Numbered from the stretch's first letter, positions 10,179 through 20,059 are shown. The stretch is DNA of 64,000 nt from Bacillales bacterium (GCA_016292035.1 JAEEZR010000014.1:33171-97170); one strand, 5' to 3'. Program-made: numbers and translations. The notes: generated from the letters alone by a model not told the origin.

Positions 10179-12491
10179 CTACAAATATTTTATTAATTGA
10201 ACTTCAGTTATACCTTCATTTATATATCTCCAAGAAGAAGATGGAATTGTTGTTATATTGTAGCCTGGATCTGCTATATGGATCGTTGTTCCCTCTACTC
10301 CAGTTACTAATACCCAGTGTTCTTCACCTGTATCACCATATCCTCTTGAAGCCAGTATTCTAGCTCCTTCCGGAGATTTAACTCTTAGCATTACATCATA
10401 ACCACTATTAATATATCCCGCTATTTGAGATGCTTTATCATTTAATGAACCGTTTAAATAATTAAATACTATTTCATGTCTTTGGTTACCAGTAGCTAGA
10501 TTTATTACTTCATCACCACTTCCTACTAGTCCTCTTGAACTAACTAGTCCCTTTTTCTGGGCCTCAAGTAATAGTGTTCCTGGGTTAAAGTTATTTAATA
10601 CTATGTTCTTCGCACTTTTAGCAATACTCATTGCTAGTGATGTAAAGAAGCATCCCATTCTGGCAATTGTTTTTCCAGTGGCGGTTGCCATTACTAGTGA
10701 TCCCCAAGCAGGATCTGTCTGTTTCCATGTAGTCCAATCTCCTGAAGCAATTATTGTTGAAGAATTGATAGAGCCATCTGATTTATATCCTAGGAATATG
10801 TCCATGTATTCTTTTTTGTCGTATATGTTAGCTATAATTAATTCAATTTCTCTGGCTACTAAGTAGTCCATTCCAACTGTTGTATTGTTGTTGTATTTAG
10901 ACATATATCTAGGAAATTTTGAATATATGAATCCTGTTCTATAATTGTATTCACCATCAGAGTTTGATGCAGTTAATACATTCTTTCCACTTTTTTTAGC
11001 ACTTACTAGTTTATACTCTTTATCATCAATATCTACCTTTGATGAAAAACCTTCTAGTATAGTTTCGGATATTCCTGAATGTTTTGATAAGCACTTTTCA
11101 CTTGTTCTGTATAATTTTTCATTATCATTTGTTTTCGTCTCATAATCATTGGAAGCTGCTTGACCATATCTTAAGAATAATTCCAATTTATGTTCATCAT
11201 ATGCAGTGCTTGAGTACTGAACAGAACAGTATCCTTCATCTTCTTCATCAGCAGGCTCTATATATGTATAGAATCTATAACCTTTCTTTACAGTTGCTTT
11301 ATACATATTTTCAATATCATTTTTATTTATTATTTTGTTAGAAATTAGCGTATTTAAAGCAGATAATTTTATTTCATTTGTTTCATTTTCATTGCCAAAT
11401 TCTACAATAATGGTATTGTTACCATTTTCATCTAATCTTTGAGTTTCATATGCATAGTAAAATGTACTGTAAATAACACCTGGATAAAAGCCAACTACGT
11501 TCTTGTTTTTCTTTATTTCTGATAATGATTTTTTGTAGTTTCTTACATCTTCGTTTGATATTGTTAATGGATTTCTTCCTATTTTTTGACTATAACTATA
11601 TATTGTTGGTATTAATGTTTTTATTTCACTATCAATTGAATTATTTTCTTCTAAATCTCTATAAACTTCTTCTTTCTTAGTTTTTGAAAGTAAAGCATAC
11701 TCTTTATGCATTTGGTCTATATCACTTTCATCTATGTCTATTGAATATGCTTTATCAATATCTTCGACATAAAAGAAATTTGATTTTAATATTGCTACTT
11801 GATAGTATTTAACTCTTTCCAAATTATAGAAACATGATTCAGTTGCATCTGACATATCATATATACCAAGTATATCGTTCTTTATCTTTTGGAAGAATCC
11901 CCTGTCTCCACATGTTGTAGCTGGTTCATTATCTTCAGTTGATGAATTTATTTGATTTTCTACTAAGTTTACTGTTTGGCTTGTATCATATCCTACTTCA
12001 TAATCTTTAAATGTATCAAATGTAGTGTTATCTCCTTCTGAGTAGAATATTTCTAGTGATCCAAACATGTTTTCAAATACTGCTATCATTAACACTACGA
12101 TAAGGAATAAACCAATTACACCTAAAACTCCTATTAAGAATATTCTTAGTTTTCTGTGCTCTGGGCTTAATAGATATTTTATGATTCCTTTTTTTTCCGT
12201 TTCTTTTTTACTTTTTAATGTATTTATAATTTTATCTTTTACAGAAGGTATATTGTCTGCTTCCACCTTTGGTTCATCTACTTCTGATTTATTTGTTAAT
12301 TGGTCTTTAGATCCTAAAGGTTCATTATTTTCTATTGTTTCTTCATCACTAGATTCAGGAACTACATTCATTCTATTCTTGGTTCTAGATTCATTTATTC
12401 TTGATGCTATATTTTCTTTATCACTACTAAAAGAGCCAAAATTATTTTGACTTTGGTTATAGAAGTTTTCATTTTTTAGCTCTTTTTTCAT
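10179..12491 (-). CDS. large membrane-anchored protein with C-terminal papain-like cysteine peptidase (C39-like, probable peptidoglycan hydrolase)
   Basis: Polar N-terminal ~110 aa, one TM helix (LRIFLIGVLGVIGLFLIVVLMIAVF). C-terminal pattern WKQTDPAW...GKTIARMGCFFTSLAMSI ... EEHWVLVTG...IADPG. Confidence 0.7.
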   Translation of the reverse strand: MKKELKNENFYNQSQNNFGSFSSDKENIASRINESRTKNRMNVVPESSDEETIENNEPLGSKDQLTNKSEVDEPKVEADNIPSVKDKIINTLKSKKETEKKGIIKYLLSPEHRKLRIFLIGVLGVIGLFLIVVLMIAVFENMFGSLEIFYSEGDNTTFDTFKDYEVGYDTSQTVNLVENQINSSTEDNEPATTCGDRGFFQKIKNDILGIYDMSDATESCFYNLERVKYYQVAILKSNFFYVEDIDKAYSIDIDESDIDQMHKEYALLSKTKKEEVYRDLEENNSIDSEIKTLIPTIYSYSQKIGRNPLTISNEDVRNYKKSLSEIKKNKNVVGFYPGVIYSTFYYAYETQRLDENGNNTIIVEFGNENETNEIKLSALNTLISNKIINKNDIENMYKATVKKGYRFYTYIEPADEEDEGYCSVQYSSTAYDEHKLELFLRYGQAASNDYETKTNDNEKLYRTSEKCLSKHSGISETILEGFSSKVDIDDKEYKLVSAKKSGKNVLTASNSDGEYNYRTGFIYSKFPRYMSKYNNNTTVGMDYLVAREIELIIANIYDKKEYMDIFLGYKSDGSINSSTIIASGDWTTWKQTDPAWGSLVMATATGKTIARMGCFFTSLAMSIAKSAKNIVLNNFNPGTLLLEAQKKGLVSSRGLVGSGDEVINLATGNQRHEIVFNYLNGSLNDKASQIAGYINSGYDVMLRVKSPEGARILASRGYGDTGEEHWVLVTGVEGTTIHIADPGYNITTIPSSSWRYINEGITEVQLIKYL

Positions 12492-12523
12492 TTTTTAATA
12501 CCTCTTTTTAATTATAGCAAATT
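12432..12523. repeat. repeat copy A (5' end and upstream region of the 770-aa gene)
   Basis: agagccaaaattattttgactttggttatagaagtttt...ttaattatagcaaat aligns with 15374-15442. Copy B lacks about 20 nt that hold the RBS and ATG. Confidence 0.8.
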
Positions 12524-12553
12524 TATTGATAATATTCTACTTTATAGAGTAAA

Positions 12554-12579
12554 AAAACAAAATCATATGATTTTGTTTT
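12554..12579 (-). terminator. intrinsic terminator after the 821-aa gene
   Basis: Hairpin aaaacaaaatca/tgattttgtttt followed by a T run on the minus strand. Confidence 0.7.
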
Positions 12580-15043
12580 ATTTGCCTTTTGTTATTCTTC
12601 CAACAGCTGGTATAAACTCTAAATTACCATCTATTATTTGTACTTCTACTATGCTTCCGTTATCAGAGATTAATAGTTTACTTGTATCTACTCCTTCATT
12701 CATTTCATATTTATTAGATAAATCTACTTTTTCTCCAGTAGTAGCATCTACTGTATATACAAGTACATCGTTGTTATTATAGAATATATAAGAAGCTGTA
12801 TTTCCACTTACTTGTACGTTGTAGTTATAACCTTCTGGGAAAGTGTTTTTAATTATATTACTAATCTCATTAATATAATCATCTTTTAGTTTAATCTTTC
12901 CATCTTTTATATACTTGTTTTTGTTTTGAAGTTCTCCCTTACTTTGTACTCTGTAATCTATCAAATCTGTTTCTGGTATTGTCATCTTAGTATATGTAAT
13001 GATATTAGTTTTATCTCCATATTTTTCTAAATATATATAATCAGCATCTAATACCATGTCATCGTATCCATATTTTTTAAGTTTATTTTTAACATTATAA
13101 CTCTTTCCATTAGTTAAATTAATATTATATACTTTCATTTCATTATTTTGGAATGTTACTTTTATTGATAAAACATTTAGTTCAGGAATAATTGAATAAC
13201 TATATTGAAATAGATTTTGTTTTGATAGTCTCTTATTTAGTTTTTTAACATATTTAGAGTCTATATTTACTTTAAGATCTCCCTTTTTATTTTGATATAC
13301 TATCTTTTCATCTTCTGCTAGTTTATTTACTTTCATGTTGTCTACAACATCTTCTATTTCTTTTTTTATTTCATCTAAACGCTTTTGAATTAAATAATTA
13401 TTATATTCTTCTTTACGTCTTTCATGTAAGTCTTCAATTTGTTTTTCAATTAGTTCCTTATTGTCCATTAGATAATCTTCAGTCACATTAATTCTTTCAG
13501 CTTTAATCTGATAATTAACTATCTTATAATTGTTTGCATCTACTTCTTCAATTACTCCATATTTAATAGCATCTTTAACAGACATAGAATATTGCTCTTT
13601 TAATATATTTGCTGCTTCCTCTTTTGAACATATTATTTCGTCTTGTTTTTGCCAATTTAGATGCACGGTTACACCTGGTGTTTTTAAATAACTATCTGAA
13701 GTAGTATTAAAATAATCTTTAGATTGACCACTATCATAATTTGCATGGCTACTATATAGTTCATAACCATCTTCCGCTTGATTATTGCTTCCTAATACTA
13801 CATGGTAACTATATATAAGCATAAGAAGATATGGATTAGTATAAATAGGTTTGTTATACTTAGCTTCATAGTATTCTCCTAGTAAATCTTCTACTGTGTT
13901 TCTTTCAAGACTCTTATTCTCATAATTTCTTACATTTGTAGATGAAGCTAGACTGGTCATTAAACTATAAAACTTAGCTTCATCAGGTATTATCTTCATA
14001 AACTCATCTTTTATAACATTAATAAAAGGTTTATAGTTGTATTCTCTAAATGGTTCATTGCCTATTATCTCCATCATAGCTTTTACATATCTAGTATCAT
14101 ATCCTGTATCTTCAAAAAAATTATCTTCACCAGCATATTCACTATTAAGAGTTACATTTAATTGTTCGGTTAAACCAACATTGCTATATCCTTCTCCTTG
14201 AAAAGCGTGATATAATTCATGGTAAAATACTGAAATATTTACTTCATCTAATGATGCAGCATAATAAAAATTAATAACATTTCCATATGGCATATATGTT
14301 CCAGCTATATTTTGAGAGTCTTCTGACTCATAACCTTCATGATAAACTATTTTTAATGAATTCATTCTTTCAACTATTAAATCATAGTCCATATAGTCAA
14401 TGTTATCATCTATTACAGATAATCCTTTTAATATCTTGTTTTTTTCATTGTCAGTTAGATTAGGATTAGTCATAATGGCTTCTTTTATATTGGCTATTTT
14501 TTCTTCTTTAGAAAGACTAGTTTCTTCTTCTATTTCATAGTCTTCTATTTCACTAACTACTTCTAATTTATTAGTTTCTTTAGCATATGCTTTTAAATTA
14601 GCAGTACTTGGTATTAAAGAAGAAGCAAGCATTAAAGCTAGAATAGTCTTTTTACCACATTTAACTAGTCTGTGCACTAATTTATCTTCTTTATTGCTGT
14701 TTCCTAGATATAATATTTCACTTTGATGGTTGTATTTAAGGTTTAATTTTTCAAATTCTTCTAGTTCAAGTCTAGTTCCATCAACATGTAAAAATGTATG
14801 AAAATCATTTTCTTTATCATAAAAATGTTGATACTCTACTCCTTCAAATACAACGTTAGAAAGCTTAAGATGATTCTTCACCTTAAGCTTATTAAACATA
14901 GTATTAACTAATACTTTTTCTTCATTTGTTAATTCTAGAGTAACTTTATCATTTACTTTTTTACATGCTATATAACTGCTATCCTTTTTATACACCATGT
15001 ATTCAATATTATTTTCTATAAAAGACAATATAATATTTTTCAT
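12578..15043 (-). CDS. large membrane-anchored protein with an HExxH zinc-metallopeptidase-like motif
   Basis: About 130 aa cytoplasmic N-terminus, one TM helix (KKTILALMLASSLIPS). Extracytoplasmic VFYHELYHAFQGEG. GGAGG RBS upstream. I could not assign a family. Confidence 0.65.
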   Translation of the reverse strand: MKNIILSFIENNIEYMVYKKDSSYIACKKVNDKVTLELTNEEKVLVNTMFNKLKVKNHLKLSNVVFEGVEYQHFYDKENDFHTFLHVDGTRLELEEFEKLNLKYNHQSEILYLGNSNKEDKLVHRLVKCGKKTILALMLASSLIPSTANLKAYAKETNKLEVVSEIEDYEIEEETSLSKEEKIANIKEAIMTNPNLTDNEKNKILKGLSVIDDNIDYMDYDLIVERMNSLKIVYHEGYESEDSQNIAGTYMPYGNVINFYYAASLDEVNISVFYHELYHAFQGEGYSNVGLTEQLNVTLNSEYAGEDNFFEDTGYDTRYVKAMMEIIGNEPFREYNYKPFINVIKDEFMKIIPDEAKFYSLMTSLASSTNVRNYENKSLERNTVEDLLGEYYEAKYNKPIYTNPYLLMLIYSYHVVLGSNNQAEDGYELYSSHANYDSGQSKDYFNTTSDSYLKTPGVTVHLNWQKQDEIICSKEEAANILKEQYSMSVKDAIKYGVIEEVDANNYKIVNYQIKAERINVTEDYLMDNKELIEKQIEDLHERRKEEYNNYLIQKRLDEIKKEIEDVVDNMKVNKLAEDEKIVYQNKKGDLKVNIDSKYVKKLNKRLSKQNLFQYSYSIIPELNVLSIKVTFQNNEMKVYNINLTNGKSYNVKNKLKKYGYDDMVLDADYIYLEKYGDKTNIITYTKMTIPETDLIDYRVQSKGELQNKNKYIKDGKIKLKDDYINEISNIIKNTFPEGYNYNVQVSGNTASYIFYNNNDVLVYTVDATTGEKVDLSNKYEMNEGVDTSKLLISDNGSIVEVQIIDGNLEFIPAVGRITKGK

Positions 15044-15079
15044 TTATGCCTCCGTTTAGTCATTTTGAATTACAATATT

Positions 15080-15427
15080 TTAGTTGTATTTAAGATTTGG
15101 GTATGCTTCTATATCATAGTTGTAAAGTTGTAATACTATTACATTGCATTTAATATCTTCGTGACTTACAAAATCCTTAAGACTTCTATTACTTAATATT
15201 GGATGGCTTGTATGGCCATTATTATCAATTACTTGTCCATTACCAGCATATATTCCTATATGATTATGATACTCTTGTCCGTCATAGCAAGAGCGCCCAA
15301 GCATATCACCAGGTTTAGCATACTCTTCTATTATGCTAGTGTTATTATATCCATCTTGAATTACTTTAACTTTAGAGCCAAAATTGTTTTGACTTTGATT
15401 ATAGAAGTTTTTATTTTTTATCTTTTT
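15080..15427 (-). pseudogene. decayed paralog: leader of the 770-aa protein fused to a catalytic-Cys-less NlpC/P60 C-terminal fragment; RBS and ATG deleted
   Basis: The frame is open from 15427: KKIKNKNFYNQSQNNFGSKVKV...PGDMLGRSCYDGQEYHNHIGIYAGNGQVIDN. The first 18 aa match MKKELKNENFYNQSQNNFGS of the 770-aa protein. No canonical start occurs before the internal M at 15304. The CSGF-type Cys region is absent. Confidence 0.65.
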
Positions 15428-15442
15428 TTAATTATATCAAAT
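15374..15442. repeat. repeat copy B (remnant)
   Basis: Aligns with 12432-12523, including the TGnTATAAT-like element (15431-15439 versus 12511-12519). Confidence 0.8.
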
Positions 15443-15472
15443 ATCGCTAAATATTGCTATGAATATATAAAA

Positions 15473-15497
15473 AGAAAATAAGTTTAGCTTATTTTCT
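15473..15497 (-). terminator. intrinsic terminator after the 402-aa gene
   Basis: 10-bp stem agaaaataag / cttattttct with a 5-nt loop, followed by TTTTATATA on the minus strand. Confidence 0.75.
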
Positions 15498-16705
15498 TAA
15501 TCATATTGGCAATAATTTTTGTCAATTCGTCCAACTGCACCTTTTGATGAGTCTTGTGGACAGTAGTAATTTTTTTGCCTTGTACAGTTTTTATATACAC
15601 CACTTGTTCCATTAATGTCGCAAACATAAAGTGGCTCTACATGCCAGTCTTCATTGTCAAGTCTAAATGCAAGTCCATATTCTTCAGCGTGATTATGTGC
15701 CCATCTATATGCCCTAGCAGTTTTTTTACCATTTTCTCGTATAGATAAATCTGCAGCTAGTCCCCATCCATGAGGAGAAGTTCCAGGAATCGATGCAACA
15801 GTATTACCGTTACCATTACATGTTCCTCTCGCTTTGCAAATAGCTCCACTAGTTGGATGAGTAGAAGGCACAGGAACATCATTCGTTTTACAATTATCAT
15901 ATTTAGCGCAGCAACAATAGTAATTTTGAGCTTCAATAGATCTAAATCCGTCTTCTTGACCTCTAATTACATCTATTGTTATTCCCTCTTTTGCTGCAGC
16001 AGAAGCAAATTCTTTAATTCTTTGATAGAAGTATTTGTTAAGTCCTTCATCTGATGAACCTTTATACTTCGTATTACCATTTAAGTCCTTGTCATATGCA
16101 AAATAGAATACTCCATTGGTAACTCTTATCATTCCATCGTCACCATTTTCATTGCATAGTCCTTTTTGATAGCAAGATTCATTTTTTATTCTTTTTACTG
16201 ATTCAACACTTGAGGCATTCTCATATCTTTTTTTACTCCACAATGTTAAATCGTCAAAAAAATCTTTTGTAGCTGCAGTTGGATTATTATCAACTTTTGA
16301 TGGATTGTTAGGTTTGTCTATTGTTATACCCCCGTTAAAACTTCCACTTTTCATTATGTAGCAGTTATTTGATTCATTAAATGGGCTAAAAGCACATTTA
16401 GCACATTTTTCAAAGAAACTTTCTTTAGATACAAACTGCATTATTAATCCTACTAATTGTATTACCAAGAAAACTACTACTGCATATAGTGCTTTCTTTT
16501 TTAAAAGATCTAGAGATTCACTAGCTTCTTTTCCTTCTTTTATTACTGCTTTTAAGAATGTAACCATTCCTGTTATTACTAGTAATATAGGTACTATTAC
16601 TTTAATAGCAAAAATGATATATCCCATTATTGTCCATATTGGTGTGAAATTGGAACAGAATTTTGTTGCTTCTTCTTCAGCAGCTAATAATAGTAAATAA
16701 TTCAT
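15497..16705 (-). CDS. fusion protein: N-terminal VirB2/TrbC-like two-helix membrane module plus C-terminal M15B (VanY-like) zinc peptidoglycan peptidase
   Basis: Residues 1-115 are paralogous to the 125-aa protein at 25329-25706. The C-terminus has the LAS/M15 motifs FRSIEAQ, SPHGWGLAADL and EDWHVEP. Many Cys residues. Confidence 0.75.
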   Translation of the reverse strand: MNYLLLLAAEEEATKFCSNFTPIWTIMGYIIFAIKVIVPILLVITGMVTFLKAVIKEGKEASESLDLLKKKALYAVVVFLVIQLVGLIMQFVSKESFFEKCAKCAFSPFNESNNCYIMKSGSFNGGITIDKPNNPSKVDNNPTAATKDFFDDLTLWSKKRYENASSVESVKRIKNESCYQKGLCNENGDDGMIRVTNGVFYFAYDKDLNGNTKYKGSSDEGLNKYFYQRIKEFASAAAKEGITIDVIRGQEDGFRSIEAQNYYCCCAKYDNCKTNDVPVPSTHPTSGAICKARGTCNGNGNTVASIPGTSPHGWGLAADLSIRENGKKTARAYRWAHNHAEEYGLAFRLDNEDWHVEPLYVCDINGTSGVYKNCTRQKNYYCPQDSSKGAVGRIDKNYCQYD

Positions 16706-16761
16706 CTAATTCACTTTCCTTACATTAATATAATAGCATAGCTTAATTCTTTAGTAAATAT

Positions 16762-16788
16762 AAAAAAATAGTGGCATTGCCACTATTT
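16762..16788 (-). terminator. intrinsic terminator after the 292-aa gene
   Basis: Stem aaatagtggc / gccactattt with a 3-nt loop and a T run on the minus strand. Confidence 0.75.
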
Positions 16789-17661
16789 AACTAGTTTTAG
16801 TTTTATATCTTGTCCTTTTAAAGAGCTATTTGAGTTTGGCAAATAATCATTTATTTGAATACTCTTTCCATCCTCTTCTATGTAGAATATGTCAGTGTCA
16901 GTTATTTGCTTTTCTTTTAATTCTTTAGAAGCATCTGAATAGTTTTCATTTAATAAATACATTCTTGTAATTATTAGTTTTCCGTCTTCTACTATGTATG
17001 TTCCTCTATAGCTTTCTACATCTGATTTAATATCAAATACATTGTCTTTATATATGATTAGTGATAATTGTTCACTTTCATATTTATTAACAATATCTTC
17101 ACTTGTTTTAGTTCTAATATAGTTTAGGTATTCATTTATTGTGTTTTGAGCTAGTACTAGTGGATCATTATTTTTATTTAAATAATAATTAACTAAGTTT
17201 AATTGTGCTCCGTCACCTTCTATCACAAATGTTTCAGATAGTGGAATATTTTCATTAATACTACTTTCTCTTACCCACACTATTCCATAGTCACTATAAA
17301 TAGCTGATAATACTCTTTTTATAGTTAATTTATCATCATCTATTTTATAGATACCACGAGTGTGTTCTTTTATAGCATCTGGCGTAGTTGTTTCTATTTC
17401 AAAAATACCATTATTAAATAACTTGATTGTTATTTCAGTATTAAAGTCAATAGCATTTACTACTTTATACTCCTCTTTTAAGTCATCAAGTGTAGTTGAT
17501 ACCATTAAAGAATCAATTTCACTTTCTTTTGCTTCTAATTTTTCAGCTTCTAGTTTTTTTAAATAATTATCAGTTGCTAGGTAAGCACCAAGTAAAAAAA
17601 CTATTATTAATATAATAGATACTACTATTATAAGAACAGAATTAGTTTTTTTACTTTCCAT
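16783..17661 (-). CDS. bitopic membrane protein with an internally duplicated ectodomain (possible VirB8/TcpC-like role, by position only)
   Basis: N-terminal TM helix and short coiled coil. Two repeats share RG(I/T)Y..(D/E)D.KL.I.R ... F.IE.DG ... YL. Confidence 0.6.
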   Translation of the reverse strand: MESKKTNSVLIIVVSIILIIVFLLGAYLATDNYLKKLEAEKLEAKESEIDSLMVSTTLDDLKEEYKVVNAIDFNTEITIKLFNNGIFEIETTTPDAIKEHTRGIYKIDDDKLTIKRVLSAIYSDYGIVWVRESSINENIPLSETFVIEGDGAQLNLVNYYLNKNNDPLVLAQNTINEYLNYIRTKTSEDIVNKYESEQLSLIIYKDNVFDIKSDVESYRGTYIVEDGKLIITRMYLLNENYSDASKELKEKQITDTDIFYIEEDGKSIQINDYLPNSNSSLKGQDIKLKLVK

Positions 17662-19442
17662 TATAGTCCTCCACCTGAACCGAAGCTATCTAACTCTTCT
17701 TGAGTTGCTATTACATTTATTCTCATTCTTCTTGATCCACAAACAAATAGAGCTTCTCCTTGGTTATATCTCTTAATTGATTCTTTTTCTTGATCATTTA
17801 AATCAATTAATTTAGATAAATCTTCAACAGCTTGTTTCTTAAGACCCATTACTAGGTAGTAAGAAGCATTATCGAATATAGCTTTACCATGAACAATTAC
17901 TTCCGGTGAAGCAAAGTCTGTTGGTTGTTGTGTAATTATAATAGTACCAGTATTGTACTTTCTACTTCTTCTTTGAACTTGCGCTAAGAATTCAGCTCCT
18001 AGTGTGTTTCTATCAGCAAGTAATGTGTGTGCTTCATCAACCATAAGGATTGTATTAATATTTTTATCAAGACATAATCCCCATGCGTGTTTTAATATGT
18101 TGAAGAATAATGCGTTTCTAATATTTGAATCGGCATTCATTAATTCTCTTATATTAAATACGATGAAATCACTATTAGGCATTACTGTTGTGTGTCCTGT
18201 AAAGTAATATCTTAATTCTTTAGTTAAAGGTCTAATCTTTAACTCTAGTTTTTCCATTACTTCTTTTTCACGTGTGGCTTCAATCATTGAATGAAGACGA
18301 CCATTAACAGTTGCATAAACGTCATCAAATGTAGGGAACATATCACTAGTTAGTTTAGTGAAGTCAGTAGATGCATCTATCTTATATCTCTTATAAGTAT
18401 CTTGCACTACTTCACTGAACATTGTTAATGTATCTTCTTCAATATCTGGACTGTAGTACTTCATGAATGCTTTTAATGTTTGAAGAGAACGAGTAAATAC
18501 TGCATATCCTGCTCCTTGAATTTCTTCTTCATCAACATCAGCTATTATTTCTAGAGGGTTAATCATACCATATGATCCACCACGTCCTAAGTCTATGAAG
18601 TCGCCTCCATAAAGCTTAGTCATTTCTTCTAGTTCACCTTCAGGGTCTATTGCAACTATCTTATGACCATTTCTGATATTTGATCTAAGAAGTATTTTTG
18701 CTGCAGTAGATTTACCACTACCTGAAGTACCAAGCATAATCATGTTGGCATTATTTCTGTTAAATTCTTTTTTAATTTGGTATAAGAATTGGTTAAATAA
18801 TATTATACCTCCAGAAAAGTCTACACCTAGTAAGCATGAAAGACCTGGGTCTTTGATGCTATCAAATACGAATGGGTACATTGCACTCATTGTAACTGTT
18901 GGAATAGGTGTTCCTATTCTTTCTTCTATTTCACCATCTTTAAATAATGGCAAACAACTCTTAAGTAAGTTTTCTTGTTCGAATCTAAGGATAACTCCTT
19001 TCATTCCCATAGCATCTAGGTAGTTTTTAACTTGTAATTTTTTATTTTCAAGTTCTTCTGCAGAGTCTGCACTTATTAGTAGATGCATTTGGAAATCGAA
19101 AATTCTAGCTTGAGTTGCAGTTAGCATTGTTATGAAGTTTTCAATGCTTTCGTAGTCTTGTCTAATTCTTTCTTGAATTGTTCTATCATATTCATTTTGA
19201 TATCTCATTTTTAAATCTGCTATTTCTTTATTAAGCATTTTTGATAATACTGAGAAATCAATAGGAATATGTTTAATTATTACTTTGATACCTGAGTATT
19301 GTGTTAAATTAGCTAGGTATCCTTCACTTATCATTTTTGGATAACTTATTACTGTCATGATTGTGCAGTACTTACCACTGATAATCATGTCTCCAGCTCT
19401 AAATTCTAGGCCTTTAGGCGCTAATTGACTTTTTAAATTCAT
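17661..19442 (-). CDS. virB4: VirB4-family T4SS ATPase, C-terminal (ATPase) part
   Basis: Walker A MLGTSGSGKST, Walker B ILMVDEAHTLL, IIITQQPTDF. Starts with the ATG of an ATGA overlap on the upstream ORF. Confidence 0.88.
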   Translation of the reverse strand: MNLKSQLAPKGLEFRAGDMIISGKYCTIMTVISYPKMISEGYLANLTQYSGIKVIIKHIPIDFSVLSKMLNKEIADLKMRYQNEYDRTIQERIRQDYESIENFITMLTATQARIFDFQMHLLISADSAEELENKKLQVKNYLDAMGMKGVILRFEQENLLKSCLPLFKDGEIEERIGTPIPTVTMSAMYPFVFDSIKDPGLSCLLGVDFSGGIILFNQFLYQIKKEFNRNNANMIMLGTSGSGKSTAAKILLRSNIRNGHKIVAIDPEGELEEMTKLYGGDFIDLGRGGSYGMINPLEIIADVDEEEIQGAGYAVFTRSLQTLKAFMKYYSPDIEEDTLTMFSEVVQDTYKRYKIDASTDFTKLTSDMFPTFDDVYATVNGRLHSMIEATREKEVMEKLELKIRPLTKELRYYFTGHTTVMPNSDFIVFNIRELMNADSNIRNALFFNILKHAWGLCLDKNINTILMVDEAHTLLADRNTLGAEFLAQVQRRSRKYNTGTIIITQQPTDFASPEVIVHGKAIFDNASYYLVMGLKKQAVEDLSKLIDLNDQEKESIKRYNQGEALFVCGSRRMRINVIATQEELDSFGSGGGL

Positions 19443-20059
19443 CCTGGCATCACCGTCCCAAATTCTGTTTTAACCCCATCGTTAAAGAATCCATCTAGAA
19501 GTACTCTTAGATCGTCATTACTTGTTTGTGAGGCTACTAGGCCACATGATGCTAATCCACTTACTAAGTTTTGAATTTTCTTTTGCATCATTTCAGGTTT
19601 CTTTTCTCTGAATAAAATATAGTATTCAGTGTCAGCAACACCTACTTCTTTAGACATGAACATATTAGCTTTGTTAATATCTTGCATTACTAACTTCTTC
19701 ATTATAGGAGTTTGTACGTTGTTATAAAGAAGCTGCAATTGAGATAAATAAACATTGATGTCTACAGGTCTATCTGCTACTATAATCCAAAACTCATAAT
19801 CAAGTGTATTATAGAAATTTCTTAAATTGTAAATAACGTTTTTTTGGCTATCATTATCCATGATAAATATATTTTTAGGCTGAATTTTAACACCTGTTAC
19901 TTGCATACCATCTTCAAGCTGTATAGCTCCATTTAGTATGGACTTAACAGGAAGCCATCCTTCAGCAAATCTACTATTGTTGTTCTTGCCCGTATTCACT
20001 TCTAACACACCAACCTTTCCATCTATATACTCTTCTATTTGAGAAGAATGCATATACAT
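19439..20059 (-). CDS. virB4: VirB4-family ATPase, N-terminal domain encoded as a separate ORF (start uncertain)
   Basis: WLPVKSILNGAIQLEDGMQVTGVKIQPKNIFIMD resembles Gram-positive VirB4 N-termini. 206 + 593 aa gives a normal VirB4 length. The first 86 nt overlap the upstream ORF; in-frame GTG codons near 20008-19999 are alternative starts that shorten, but do not remove, this overlap. Confidence 0.7.
   Translation of the reverse strand: MYMHSSQIEEYIDGKVGVLEVNTGKNNNSRFAEGWLPVKSILNGAIQLEDGMQVTGVKIQPKNIFIMDNDSQKNVIYNLRNFYNTLDYEFWIIVADRPVDINVYLSQLQLLYNNVQTPIMKKLVMQDINKANMFMSKEVGVADTEYYILFREKKPEMMQKKIQNLVSGLASCGLVASQTSNDDLRVLLDGFFNDGVKTEFGTVMPG

Noticed and set aside
12501-12519. TGcTATAAT as the promoter of the 770-aa gene.
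   Set aside because: The -10 element ends only about 6 nt before the RBS, so the transcript would start inside or at the SD sequence. It is conserved in the remnant copy, so I noted it only as part of the repeat.
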